From an uncultured bacterium (lineage in GTDB: Bacteria; Babelota; Babeliae; Babelales; RVW-14): 64,000 nt of DNA. Every line of letters begins with the position of its first letter. Position 1 is the stretch's first letter. Position numbers and translations under genes: made by a program. This document shows positions 40,957-51,101 of this stretch, one piece after another. The notes beneath the pieces are model-generated. The model was not told the origin of the DNA. It made no database searches and saw only the letters and a list, made by a program, of their open reading frames with translations. The stretch lies in assembly GCA_963759805.1 (NCBI GenBank), contig CAVXAT010000002.1, forward strand, positions 1 to 64,000, given 5' to 3'.

Positions 40957-41808
40957 TCAAACCAACCCACCCAATCCCCGAACAATAGCCTCCAAAACGA
41001 CGTGCCAGTCATCATCCTGGTTAACTCCAACCTCAATCAAAAGGGCTGGGGCAACAATTCCACACAACGGTTTGAGCGGAATGCCGTAAAAACCCCCAAA
41101 ATCAAATATTTTCTGGTTGTCTGCCCCTGAAAGTGCATTTGACAACTGTTGACCAATATTTTTTGTTCTGAAAATACTAACTTGATGCGCCTGCAAAACC
41201 GATATCATTTTAAGAGATGGGAATGTCCTGTCAACAAAATCGCCAACAGGGTCTGCCACATGCTGGTAAACATAGACCTTTGGCCTAACTGACTCTAATT
41301 TAAAAAGATGGACACTTATGAATAGATCTACGTTTAAACGGTTGGCAAACGAGGCATTCTGAAAATCGACTATCTTTTCCCCGGGTACACGGGTCAAAAC
41401 AACCCTGAAATCATACGCTCGTTCAAAAGCACTTTGAAGCTCTTGGGCAAACCTAAACGTCGCGGCACGCTCAAAACCACTCAAGCTACGCCCCGGATCC
41501 CCCGCATGTCCGGCGGGATTGATCATAATGACCTTCTTTGCACCCTTGAGAGAAGGATCAAGAAAGGGGGCATTAGCGTAAGCCATAAAATTAGTTGCGA
41601 AAGTAGACAACCCCGCCATCAAAGTTAATGTGATTAAAAATAGTCTTCTTGCACAACTTGGAATTTTAAAAAGGCGCGCTCGTGGTGAGCTTGTCGAACC
41701 ATCGCCCGGCTTGTCCGTCGTAGCTCGAAGAGCGAAGTCGGAAGGGCGACGGGCCTGGTCATGCAAGAGATCTATTAGTCTGATTAAAGCTGATTTAAAT
41801 ATCTTCAT
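40957..41808 (-). CDS. N-acetylmuramoyl-L-alanine amidase (Amidase_3-like)
   Basis: INPAGH, ER, VVLTR, ANRLNVDLFISVH, PALLIEVG. The start is uncertain and the N-terminus overlaps a REP. Confidence 0.8.
   Translation of the reverse strand: MKIFKSALIRLIDLLHDQARRPSDFALRATTDKPGDGSTSSPRARLFKIPSCARRLFLITLTLMAGLSTFATNFMAYANAPFLDPSLKGAKKVIMINPAGHAGDPGRSLSGFERAATFRFAQELQSAFERAYDFRVVLTRVPGEKIVDFQNASFANRLNVDLFISVHLFKLESVRPKVYVYQHVADPVGDFVDRTFPSLKMISVLQAHQVSIFRTKNIGQQLSNALSGADNQKIFDFGGFYGIPLKPLCGIVAPALLIEVGVNQDDDWHVVLEAIVRGLGGLV
41672..41756. repeat. REP composite with a 33-bp hairpin insert (41710-41742)
   Basis: Matches 53790-53837 except that the 3-nt loop is replaced by 36 nt. Confidence 0.88.
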
Positions 41809-41896
41809 GCTGTCATTCTAGCCTAAAACAAGTATCTTTACAAATTTGGCAAAAGAAAAACCCCCGGTTTTTCAACTAGGGGCTTAAATTCTGTTC

Positions 41897-42580
41897 TTAT
41901 TTTGGACAACAATTCGGATGTGTTCCACGTGGACCGCATACTCGATCTTTAAAATCATATTTATTACGATCATAACCAAAGCCGAGACAACCGTCTGTCT
42001 GTCCAGGTTTTGCAAGTGGAGAATGATGCATAACGTCAGGTACCCAACTTAATATATACTTCACTAATACAAAAGGCGCATATAAAATGTCAGTCCGTCC
42101 GTAAAACCATAATACTACCAAGCTAACTCCTCCTACCATAATAGCCGTACTTACAAGAGCAACTGGTCCGTGAGCAAGATATTTTATCGCTTTCCAAAAA
42201 TTATTGGGACCTTCTTTTAAATCACCTATTAAAGAATTTTCTTCTTTCTTTTCTGGCTTTTCTGTTAATTTTTTTAATAACTCAATTTGAGCTTTACCAA
42301 GCTCAATTTCATTTTTGAGTCTAACAACTTTTGCAATATCATCTGCAGACAAATTAGGATTCGAAGAAGCAGAGCGGAAAAACTCAGTTGCTTCCATTAT
42401 TTTTTTATTTTCACCATCACTTAAAACCACGACCGGAATAGGGTCATTGATAGATGCTTGAACCTCATCTTTTTTAACCATCGCAAAAAGATATATGGAA
42501 TCTGTTAATGCATAACTCATTGCAAGACAAGCAAAACTCAAAATTAAAACTTTACCCTTAAAAGTATATATGTTAATCAT
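41897..42580 (-). CDS. Hypothetical secreted/membrane protein (paralog of 44139-44975)
   Basis: Signal-like N-terminus ending LFA-M; PVVVLSDG motif; C-terminal TM segment and Cys-rich tail. Confidence 0.65.
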   Translation of the reverse strand: MINIYTFKGKVLILSFACLAMSYALTDSIYLFAMVKKDEVQASINDPIPVVVLSDGENKKIMEATEFFRSASSNPNLSADDIAKVVRLKNEIELGKAQIELLKKLTEKPEKKEENSLIGDLKEGPNNFWKAIKYLAHGPVALVSTAIMVGGVSLVVLWFYGRTDILYAPFVLVKYILSWVPDVMHHSPLAKPGQTDGCLGFGYDRNKYDFKDRVCGPRGTHPNCCPK

Positions 42581-42829
42581 AAAAATCCCCCCGAAAATTA
42601 ACCCTAAATCTCTCAAATATGCGATATCTAAAGCTACCTTACTCACCCACTTGTACTCTATTTTCATCTTACAAGAAAGGCGTAATTTTGCAACAGGCAC
42701 GCAAAACCAAACAATAATCAAAACAAGCAAAATCCCATTATTAATTTCAAATATAAAAAACCAAAATTGATTCTAGGCCTAGAGGCCACGACTTGGACGT
42801 CATCAGCCCCCAGCGCTAGAATCAATTTT

Positions 42830-43951
42830 TTATTTTTCTAATAGCCTTGTTACAAATTTGTGAATTAAAACATAGCACAAAGGAATAAAAAATGGTGTCA
42901 TTTCAAAACTTCCATATCTGGCTATGTGCTGATCAAACGCACAAATCCTATCTAACGTATAATTATTATATCGAGCAACGCTACAGTTTGCTTCTGTGTC
43001 CTTTCCATACTCCGTATGAATCAAAAGAAACATCGTCAAAGATGCCATAAAAAAAGCCCCCAAAATAGCAAATGGCGCTTCTATAGTAAATCTAGACACA
43101 TTTAATGCAATGCCACCTAATGAAGTCGTTGATCCACTAACGACTTCTAATCTTCTTAAATACTCAGGGCTTATTGCATTTAGCGCAGACAATATTGTGG
43201 TTGCCATTTTTTGATCAACTGACGATAATACACGTTCTAGTTGTGCAGCTGCAGCTTCTGGTTTTATCTGTAATCTTGCTACTGCTGCCGCTGATCGACT
43301 TTGCATAGGTATAGCTTGTCCTTCTTGCAACGGTATTTCAGATTCTTTGTCTGAGATTATTCCGAACACATCTACTGTTTTCGGTAATGCTTTTAGAGAT
43401 TCGCAAAAGGACCCATACCATGTCTCACCCAATGCACGCCTTGCTACTTTTCTTGCCGCTTTTGCTCGTAACATTGCTGCTGCGTGCGCTGCTGGGTCTT
43501 GTGTTTGTGTTGCTTTATATTCTGCTATGGCTGACGCAATAATTGCTGCTAGAGCATTGGCTACTTGTGCTGGGGTTACTTGTACCAGCGCGTCAGACAA
43601 ATCACCTTCTAAAATAGCTGCTATTACTTCTGCGTTTTTTGTATGCGGTGAGATCAAACGTATTAAACTAGATTGACCTGCCACTTCTCGTACTACTGGT
43701 ACTACTGGGGCTGTTGTTGTTGATGTTGATGCTACTGGTTGTGGGGCTGGGGCTGTTGTTGATGTTGATGCTACTGGTGGTATTGTTAATGAACTCAAGC
43801 TCGAAGATCTCGAAACTCTTGTTGATGTTCCTGGCTTACGCTGTTGCTGCCCTTTTCCGGAACCACCCTTACCAGGGTTGCCAGTCATGGCAGATAGACT
43901 TGTAGAAATCAATAATCCCATCGAAACGATAAAAGCTAAATGCTTTTTCAT
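42830..43951 (-). CDS. Hypothetical secreted/membrane protein
   Basis: SD AGGAGG; signal ending LSA-M; PVASTSTT repeats; C-terminal hydrophobic segments. Confidence 0.75.
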   Translation of the reverse strand: MKKHLAFIVSMGLLISTSLSAMTGNPGKGGSGKGQQQRKPGTSTRVSRSSSLSSLTIPPVASTSTTAPAPQPVASTSTTTAPVVPVVREVAGQSSLIRLISPHTKNAEVIAAILEGDLSDALVQVTPAQVANALAAIIASAIAEYKATQTQDPAAHAAAMLRAKAARKVARRALGETWYGSFCESLKALPKTVDVFGIISDKESEIPLQEGQAIPMQSRSAAAVARLQIKPEAAAAQLERVLSSVDQKMATTILSALNAISPEYLRRLEVVSGSTTSLGGIALNVSRFTIEAPFAILGAFFMASLTMFLLIHTEYGKDTEANCSVARYNNYTLDRICAFDQHIARYGSFEMTPFFIPLCYVLIHKFVTRLLEK

Positions 43952-44138
43952 GATATAACCTCCTAAAAAAATAAATAATATAACCTCACATTTTTAAAGA
44001 CTACTATTCTTTGTAATCTCTTCTATTTTCTCAAATAATTGCATAACAGTCAAACGCATGCAATGTATCAAAAAACTGTAAAAATCAACAAAAAATGACT
44101 TTGAATGTTTCTATGTGAAAAGATACAGAAGTTGCCGT

Positions 44139-44975
44139 TTAGCAGCCACGTAGGTTTTTATCAATCGCGCACAATGATGGATCGCACAGGGTACCATCAA
44201 TCTCGCAATAGCCGGCAAAGCTCCCATCCGGCAAAACAACGGCCGGAACGCTGTTTGAAATCAGTTTCGCTGCCTGCTTTAATTGGGCTTCTTGGGCCGA
44301 AATTTTGTTTAACTGAGCATTACAAATCCCATTCTTCCCTGAACCCCAACGCTCTGAAATTCCAGGTATCCAATCTGCAATCAAAGGCCCCGGCCCATTG
44401 CAGTAGGCAGGAATAATCAAAAGTTGCCACACAATTGCTCCACCTATCAATAAAACAACCCCCATTGTTGCACCAACTGCAACACCTTTGATAACAGATT
44501 TCGAAAGCGATTTTAACGACTGCCCTACCCCTTGCAAAGATTCTTTTAAAGTATCAACAACAAAAGAGTCTTTAAAGGCAGACCTAATCCAGTTCCCTAC
44601 TGAGCCTGTTGATGGTAAACCATTGGCACTACGTTGGTCGCTTAACTCTGCTAATCCATCTGGTCTGGATGGTAAAACTCCTCGATCCAAACTTCGCTTA
44701 AGATTAAGTACGTTTTGAAATTCCTCTTTATTTTTCATTTTTCCGGCATCTTCTAAGGCAACTTTCAAAAATTCCTCCATCGGAACAACTTTGGATTCTT
44801 TGCCGTCACTCATCATAACAACTGGATGCAAAGCAGCATCTTGTGCCGGAGTTGGCATAGCGGAGAATAATTCAGTTACGTAACTAGTCACACAAATAAA
44901 TGAAATCAGAGTAGCAAAAAGAACTTTGCTACCCCAAAATTTACACACAGTCTTAAATTCATCAAATTTAAACAT
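44139..44975 (-). CDS. Hypothetical secreted/membrane protein (paralog of 41897-42580)
   Basis: Signal ending FSA-M; PVVMMSDG; long hydrophobic segment; Cys-rich tail. Confidence 0.7.
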   Translation of the reverse strand: MFKFDEFKTVCKFWGSKVLFATLISFICVTSYVTELFSAMPTPAQDAALHPVVMMSDGKESKVVPMEEFLKVALEDAGKMKNKEEFQNVLNLKRSLDRGVLPSRPDGLAELSDQRSANGLPSTGSVGNWIRSAFKDSFVVDTLKESLQGVGQSLKSLSKSVIKGVAVGATMGVVLLIGGAIVWQLLIIPAYCNGPGPLIADWIPGISERWGSGKNGICNAQLNKISAQEAQLKQAAKLISNSVPAVVLPDGSFAGYCEIDGTLCDPSLCAIDKNLRGC

Positions 44976-45075
44976 TTTTTATCTTTCTAAAATTATACGC
45001 TTAAATGAAAGCCTACAAAAGCTTACAGATAAAAATACTTTTATCAAGTAAGATTATTTAATAGAAAAACCAAAA

Positions 45076-45107
45076 AAGACGGTAGATTTTTAAAATTCTA
45101 CCGTCTT
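45076..45107. terminator. Intrinsic terminator
   Basis: AAGACGGTAGA-TTTTTAAAAT-TCTACCGTCTT. Confidence 0.75.
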
Positions 45108-45161
45108 AAAACTTCTTACTTACAAACTTCTTAATCTTTTCAGATTAAAGATCAATTCGGA

Positions 45162-46007
45162 TTAGTCGTCAAGGCCAAATGGATGGTATCCCCATCTTCT
45201 TAGTTCTGGGCGTCCAAAGAAAAAACTTACAGGCAGCTTAATAAATAAATCATAAGCACAACGCAATCCAATTATAACCCCAAAAAGCCATCCACCAAAA
45301 CGTAAGCCACTCAATCCAAGAAATGTTCCCAGATACTGTAATCCCGAAATTGCAGTCCATAATCTTGAGACCGTATAGTGAAAGGAGATTCGAGAAAATA
45401 CATCCTCCAATGCAAAACCGGCCAATCTCAATCTCTTATTCGCGGCATCTCCAAGAGCATCGCTTGATGTGAGATATAACATTATTCCGCATAATAAACC
45501 CTCTAAAACACATCTAATTAAAACTTTTGTTGTTGGCTCAGCATTAGCTGTAGAATTAGTAATCCAAGAGGTTATTGATGACCCTAACTCCCAAGGAGCA
45601 GCAAGTAATTTCTTAAGAGCACTGACTGCTGCCTGGCGATTAGCAGGCACTGCTGCTGCAGAGGTACTCGCACCAGGAGTAAGAACATTGCCTAATGCCC
45701 TGCGATTAGCAGGTACTTCCGCTGTAGGTGTACTCGCAACAAGAGTAAAAGCTTTGCCTCCTGCCCTACGATTAGCAGGTACTTCCGCTGTAGACGTACT
45801 CGCAACAGGAAGCCTTTTGACTTCCTCAACAGAAGAAGTTTGCGTTGCATACGTAACAGCGCTGCTGTGATAATCCTTCTGTTTCTTCTGGGAAGAATCC
45901 TTCTGGGAAGCATTCTCATCTTTTTTCATGGCATTTAAGTCAGAACTCAAAAGGCCCATACTCAACCCTGCACCCACCAATAAAAACACAAATATATTCT
46001 TTTTCAC
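45162..46007 (-). CDS. Hypothetical secreted/membrane protein with three 21-aa repeats
   Basis: GGAGG then GTG start; signal ending LNA-M; ASTxxAxVPANR x3; several hydrophobic segments. Confidence 0.72.
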   Translation of the reverse strand: MKKNIFVFLLVGAGLSMGLLSSDLNAMKKDENASQKDSSQKKQKDYHSSAVTYATQTSSVEEVKRLPVASTSTAEVPANRRAGGKAFTLVASTPTAEVPANRRALGNVLTPGASTSAAAVPANRQAAVSALKKLLAAPWELGSSITSWITNSTANAEPTTKVLIRCVLEGLLCGIMLYLTSSDALGDAANKRLRLAGFALEDVFSRISFHYTVSRLWTAISGLQYLGTFLGLSGLRFGGWLFGVIIGLRCAYDLFIKLPVSFFFGRPELRRWGYHPFGLDD

Positions 46008-46236
46008 GATAACCTCCATATTTAATAAAACTAAAAAAACCACCATCTTTTTAAACTAAAATTTATCACTTGTAATATTATACTAGCAGACAAAAATACT
46101 AAAATCAAAGGCCCCCACCCCATTGCAAACTTGAAAAACAAAAAATATACTCTATCATCACATAAGATTTTAAATAAATTATTAAATAAACTATCCAATT
46201 GTGTGTTAGGAATTAGATGTGTGTGTTAGGAATTAG

Positions 46237-48309
46237 ATGTCTGAATCATTGACAGAAAGTAGCTTGAAGTTTTGGGAAAAGCAGGCTCAAAAATTACCTT
46301 GGTTTAAAAAATGGAATCATGTTCTAGCATGGAATGAACCATTTGCACACTGGTTTGTTGGCGGTCAAATAAATGCCTCATACGCATGTCTAGATATTCA
46401 CATTAAAAACGGATTGCAGGACAAAACAGCAATCATCTGGGAAAGTGAGAATGGTAGCTCACAAACTCTCACATACGGCCAACTTTATGATCAAGTAAAT
46501 AAATTTGCCAGTTTTTTACAAACACAGGGTGTTAAAAAGGGCGACATCATCGTCATTTATCTTCCAATGATTCCTGAAGCAATTGTGGCCATGCTGGCAG
46601 TGGCACGGCTTGGGGCAACGCATTCAGTAGTGTTCTCAGGCTTTAATACAACGGCATTAAAAGATAGAATTGTCGACACTCAAGCCAAATTCGTAATTAC
46701 AACTGATGCGGCATTTTATAGAAACAAAAATATTGTCCCGAAATATGTTGTATCAGACGCAATCAGACAGATTAGCCAGACTGCGCATGACAATGCAGCG
46801 CAAGCAAATTTTGTTAAAAAAGTTATTGTAATTAAGCGAACAGAAAATTCAATAACTATAAATCCCGATCTTGATGTTATTTACGACCCAAACACCTCAA
46901 CGGGTCCGATGGAACCTAGCCATGCGGAATTTGTTCCCGCCGCCGTGCCCGGCGTAGCCACGACCTGTCCCTCGGAGCTACCTGAGCGGAGTGGGAAGGA
47001 CGAAGCCTGGATGCCTGTCGAATCCAATCACCCTCTTTTTATTTTATATACATCCGGAACTACAGGAAAACCCAAGGGCATCGTCCACTCAACCGGCGGA
47101 TATTTAACTTATGTTTATTCAACAATTAAATGGGCTTTTAATATCAGCAAAGATTCAATTTACTGGTGCACGGCAGACATTGGGTGGATTACGGGGCATT
47201 CGTACGTAGTCTACGGCCCCCTCATGCACGGGGCAACAATTTACATCCGCGAGGGCGCACCTGACTGGCCAACTCAGGATGTCTGGTGGAAGGCAATTGA
47301 AAAGCATAAAATTTCAATTTTTTACACATCCCCAACGGCATTACGTATGTTCATGAAAATGGGTAACGAGAATATTTTAAAACACGATTTATCCAGTTTA
47401 AAAACGCTTGGTTCGGTTGGCGAACCGATAAACCCTGAAGTCTGGCGATGGTTCAATGATGTTATCGGACAAAAAAGGTGTCCGATAATTGATACGTGGT
47501 GGCAGACGGAAACAGGTGGTTTTATGATCTCTCCAACCGCAGGACTTAATCCTACCACAGAGCTTAATCCAATTGCAGAAATAAAACTTAAACCCGGGTC
47601 CGCAACCTTTGCATTACCGGAAATTGATGCTGACATTGTTGATTCAGGCGGACAATCCGTACCACCCGAAACCAAAGGGTTTCTTGTAATCAAAAAGCCT
47701 TGGCCGGGAATGGCAATTGGAATTCATAACAATCCACAAGCATTTCGTGAGATTTATTGGTCAAAGTTCCCAAGCATGTATTATTCAGGCGATTATGCAA
47801 TAAAAGATTCCGAAGGGTATTTCTGGTTACTTGGCCGAGCAGATGAAGTATTAAAAATCTCCGGCCATAGAATTGGAACATCAGAAATTGAAAGCATAAC
47901 ACTTGAACATGAAGCAATTGCTGAAACTGCAGTTATCGGAATTCCTGATGAGATAAGAGGAGAAGCAATAATTATATTCTCGATTCTCAAAACAAGTTTC
48001 ACCGTGAGCATTAGCACTGAACACGAAGTATTAAAACACGACGTATTAAAACACGACGTGTTGGAACACGAAGTGTTCAAGCAAGAAATCTTGCAAAAAA
48101 TCAGAACTCAGATTGGTGCATTTGCAACTCCAAAAGAGATTCACTTTGTTGAAAGTTTACCAAAAACCCGTTCGGGGAAAATAATGCGTAGACTGCTTAA
48201 AGCAGTTGTGCAGGGTCAAGCAATCGGAGACCTGTCCACATTGGAAGATGGAACGTCGATTGAAGAAATTCAAGCAATTTATAATATGATTAAGAAACAG
48301 TTGGGATAA
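46237..48309 (+). CDS. acs: Acetyl-CoA synthetase
   Basis: LYTSGTTGKPKG, TADIGWITGHSY, DTWWQTETG, PKTRSGKIMRR. Confidence 0.96.
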   Translation: MSESLTESSLKFWEKQAQKLPWFKKWNHVLAWNEPFAHWFVGGQINASYACLDIHIKNGLQDKTAIIWESENGSSQTLTYGQLYDQVNKFASFLQTQGVKKGDIIVIYLPMIPEAIVAMLAVARLGATHSVVFSGFNTTALKDRIVDTQAKFVITTDAAFYRNKNIVPKYVVSDAIRQISQTAHDNAAQANFVKKVIVIKRTENSITINPDLDVIYDPNTSTGPMEPSHAEFVPAAVPGVATTCPSELPERSGKDEAWMPVESNHPLFILYTSGTTGKPKGIVHSTGGYLTYVYSTIKWAFNISKDSIYWCTADIGWITGHSYVVYGPLMHGATIYIREGAPDWPTQDVWWKAIEKHKISIFYTSPTALRMFMKMGNENILKHDLSSLKTLGSVGEPINPEVWRWFNDVIGQKRCPIIDTWWQTETGGFMISPTAGLNPTTELNPIAEIKLKPGSATFALPEIDADIVDSGGQSVPPETKGFLVIKKPWPGMAIGIHNNPQAFREIYWSKFPSMYYSGDYAIKDSEGYFWLLGRADEVLKISGHRIGTSEIESITLEHEAIAETAVIGIPDEIRGEAIIIFSILKTSFTVSISTEHEVLKHDVLKHDVLEHEVFKQEILQKIRTQIGAFATPKEIHFVESLPKTRSGKIMRRLLKAVVQGQAIGDLSTLEDGTSIEEIQAIYNMIKKQLG
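46942..47010 (+). repeat. 69-bp nested palindromic insert, in frame within acs
   Basis: 67/69 identical to the reverse complement of 35879-35947; encodes AVPGVATTCPSELPERSGKDEAW. Confidence 0.95.
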
Positions 48310-48333
48310 ATTCCACAAAATTAAGAATATAAA

Positions 48334-48918
48334 TTAAGAACGTGCAAATGTAACTAGTTTTGAATAATCTCCTTGATCTGCTAACTTCAATGCATCAATA
48401 TACTGTTTTCGAATTGGTGTAGCCTTATATAAATCCTGATTTATTCCCCAACTAAAACGGGGATGTCCCAATTGCATTATAAGCAAATCAGCCATCAAGC
48501 GCGCATGTCGCCCATTCCCGTTAGGAAAGGCATGAATCCACACTAAACGATGGTGTAATCTTACCGCAATTTCGTCATCAGAAAAAGATTTGTTCTCCAG
48601 TTGATAATTAACATCATCACAAAGTTTTTTCAACTCGACTGGAATAATAGGCCAGTCAACACCTATATTTTTCCCATAATGACGAAAGATCCCTGCCCAC
48701 TTCCATGTTTCATTAAACATCTGTTTATGTAGCTGCTGAATAAAATGAACCGAAATAATATCCTTTTTTTCACGCCCCCATTTTTCGGCAGCAATAATAT
48801 TTTTTTGTTCCCAAGCATTCAGTTGTTCATGAGTGGTAATATGTGTTGGGATTAAATCGGCAATTTCCTCCGGCTCGATGGGCGTAGCGCCCTCCGGATA
48901 ATTAAATTTCATCATCAC
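48334..48918 (-). CDS. Mobile mystery protein B (Fic family)
   Basis: YPEGATP, WKWAG.FR, Fic motif HAFPNGNGRHAR. Confidence 0.9.
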   Translation of the reverse strand: MMMKFNYPEGATPIEPEEIADLIPTHITTHEQLNAWEQKNIIAAEKWGREKKDIISVHFIQQLHKQMFNETWKWAGIFRHYGKNIGVDWPIIPVELKKLCDDVNYQLENKSFSDDEIAVRLHHRLVWIHAFPNGNGRHARLMADLLIMQLGHPRFSWGINQDLYKATPIRKQYIDALKLADQGDYSKLVTFARS

Positions 48919-49375
48919 TCCAAAGATTTCTTGGACTCCCTTGAAGCAATTCCTCTATCAGATCATCCTCCTGTTGACGCCTCTGCTCAGAAGAAAGCCC
49001 CTGTTGTTCCAATTTCATTGAATGCTCCACAACGCTAAGGCGTTTTCTTGCAACCAATTGCGCTCTTTCTTTTAGTATCTGATCAAAGGGCTTGTTTGGA
49101 ATGAAAAAATATACGCAACGACAATTCATCGCCCTTGCAACCTGATCAAGAGCCTCTAAGGAGATAGTTCGCTCCTTTTCACGACGTTCAAATGCCATCA
49201 CATTCGACTGAGTACACCCCAACCGCTTGGCAAGTTGCTGTCCTGATAACCCCAGAACTTTACGAATAACCTGAATCCATCCATTCTTGGGAACATGTTT
49301 TTGAGCTAAAATGTTAAGGTCAGTTAAGCTCGCCTGTACTTGATCACGCATCATTTTCTGAAAATTTTTTCTCAT
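48902..49375 (-). CDS. Mobile mystery protein A (XRE-type HTH)
   Basis: PKNGWI..RKVLG, QLAKRLG, HSMKLEQQ; adjacent to protein B. Confidence 0.88.
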   Translation of the reverse strand: MRKNFQKMMRDQVQASLTDLNILAQKHVPKNGWIQVIRKVLGLSGQQLAKRLGCTQSNVMAFERREKERTISLEALDQVARAMNCRCVYFFIPNKPFDQILKERAQLVARKRLSVVEHSMKLEQQGLSSEQRRQQEDDLIEELLQGSPRNLWSDDEI

Positions 49376-49376
49376 A

Positions 49377-49430
49377 ATAATCACCTATAAGTATTAATTT
49401 AATTAAAAATTATAATCTATAAGTGATTAT
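49377..49430. promoter_or_regulatory. Inverted repeat upstream of mobile mystery protein A (candidate operator)
   Basis: ATAATCACCTATA ... TATAAGTGATTAT, 12/13 complementary. Confidence 0.5.
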
Positions 49431-49498
49431 ATTGGAAAAATTAATATAATTAAAAGGGTTTGCTAATTTTATATATTTCTACTATTTAACAAACGAAT

Positions 49499-50359
49499 TT
49501 AAGCCGTAACTGGAGAGTGTTGTTGCACTGCAGGGATTTCTTTCGCATTATCTCGATTTGCCAAAGACTCTGCCAGCATTAAAGATCTTTCATCAAGATT
49601 ATATGCCCTTACTTTGACATCGGTATGTCCATAGCGAATACCTACAAAATTCATCCCCAACTCTTGGGCGGCAACTTTTACAGATTCCACGTTTTTTAGC
49701 TTATCATCAACAAAAACAATCTTTTTTACTTTCAATTCCGGTTTACCCAACAAAAAGGCCTTAAGCGCCGGCCCTTTGTAATACCCATCACAAAACAAAA
49801 TGCCATTACAATACTTGGACCCTAGAGTGGTAAGTGTTGCATTAATTCCATTTTCAGAAATGGCTCCCTGTTCAACATCAATTCCAACTGATTTTAGCTG
49901 GTTAAAAACGCTCTCTATCAGACAGAGAGACCTAACAGTTAAAATCATCACGCTATGGCCATTGTTTTTCAAGTCTTTGATCAAATCTTTTGTACAAGAT
50001 TCAACAGCCTGAACCGCCGCAGAACGCTGAATTTCTACGTAAACTGGAAGCAGTTTAGACTTCGCATCTGCATTTGATAACCCATTATCTTCAAGTTTGT
50101 TCATCATTGCACAAAACCAAGCATCAAAGCCATAATCCACTTTACCTTCAACAAGTACATTATCGTAATCAAAGATAAATAAAGTTTCAGGCTCAATAAA
50201 TCTTTTGACATCTTCAATAGCATTACTTTCTATGATCTGAACGGATGTATCCGCAGGTACACCAATGGGAAGCTTACGCGAGCCCTGAAATTTATAAAAA
50301 GCAATTGCAACAGCCAACGAACATAATGTTAACACAAATAATTTTGTAATTTTTTTCAT
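49499..50359 (-). CDS. DUF2608-like HAD-superfamily protein, membrane-anchored or exported
   Basis: FDYDNVL, ILTVR, GILF...KG, FVDDK. Confidence 0.75.
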   Translation of the reverse strand: MKKITKLFVLTLCSLAVAIAFYKFQGSRKLPIGVPADTSVQIIESNAIEDVKRFIEPETLFIFDYDNVLVEGKVDYGFDAWFCAMMNKLEDNGLSNADAKSKLLPVYVEIQRSAAVQAVESCTKDLIKDLKNNGHSVMILTVRSLCLIESVFNQLKSVGIDVEQGAISENGINATLTTLGSKYCNGILFCDGYYKGPALKAFLLGKPELKVKKIVFVDDKLKNVESVKVAAQELGMNFVGIRYGHTDVKVRAYNLDERSLMLAESLANRDNAKEIPAVQQHSPVTA

Positions 50360-51093
50360 GATACTCTCTTAAATATTGCTAGAAACTCTTTGTTACCAGA
50401 CTTATCGCCTTTGATTGGCGATTCCATTAAATCCATCATTTCAAAACCAAACTCCAGCATCCCATTTTTTATTTTTTCGACAACTTTTTTGTGCACGTCA
50501 TCGTCTTTAACTATTCCGCCACGCCTAACATCTTCTCGCTCTGCCTCGAATTGAGGCTTGATCAATGTAATAATTCTTGCATCGGGCTTTAATAACTTAC
50601 AAACCGCGGGCATAACTTTAAGCAAAGAGATAAAAGACAGATCAAGAGTTGCCAAATCTACCAACTCCGGCAAAGAGTCAAGATAACGTAAATTTGTTTT
50701 TTCGTACAAGATAACTCGAGGATCTTTGCGAAGTTTTTCATGAACAATTCCAAAACCGACATCCACGCCGTAAACACGTTTTGCACCTCGCTGCAGCAAG
50801 CAGTCAGTAAAACCACCTGTTGAAATTCCTGCATCAAGAACCACCAAGCCTGTAACATCAATCTTGAAATTATCCAAAGCACCTTCAAGTTTAAATCCTG
50901 CACGGCTTACAAATTTTGGCGTTTCATTTTCAAGCTCAATTTTTGCATCAGGAATAACCTGTGTGCCGGCCTTATCTACAATCTGGTCATTAACCTTGAC
51001 CTTGCGCTGCAGAATAAAACTTTGTATCTGATTTCTTGATAAATTCGGGAATCGCTCCTGAATAACCAAATCTAACCTCTTTTTCTCAGCCAT
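50356..51093 (-). CDS. tlyA: TlyA family rRNA methyltransferase
   Basis: S4 domain, VSRAGFKL, STGGFTDCLLQRGA, IKPQFE, GNKEF. Confidence 0.94.
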   Translation of the reverse strand: MAEKKRLDLVIQERFPNLSRNQIQSFILQRKVKVNDQIVDKAGTQVIPDAKIELENETPKFVSRAGFKLEGALDNFKIDVTGLVVLDAGISTGGFTDCLLQRGAKRVYGVDVGFGIVHEKLRKDPRVILYEKTNLRYLDSLPELVDLATLDLSFISLLKVMPAVCKLLKPDARIITLIKPQFEAEREDVRRGGIVKDDDVHKKVVEKIKNGMLEFGFEMMDLMESPIKGDKSGNKEFLAIFKRVS

Positions 51094-51101
51094 AATTTAT
51101 T

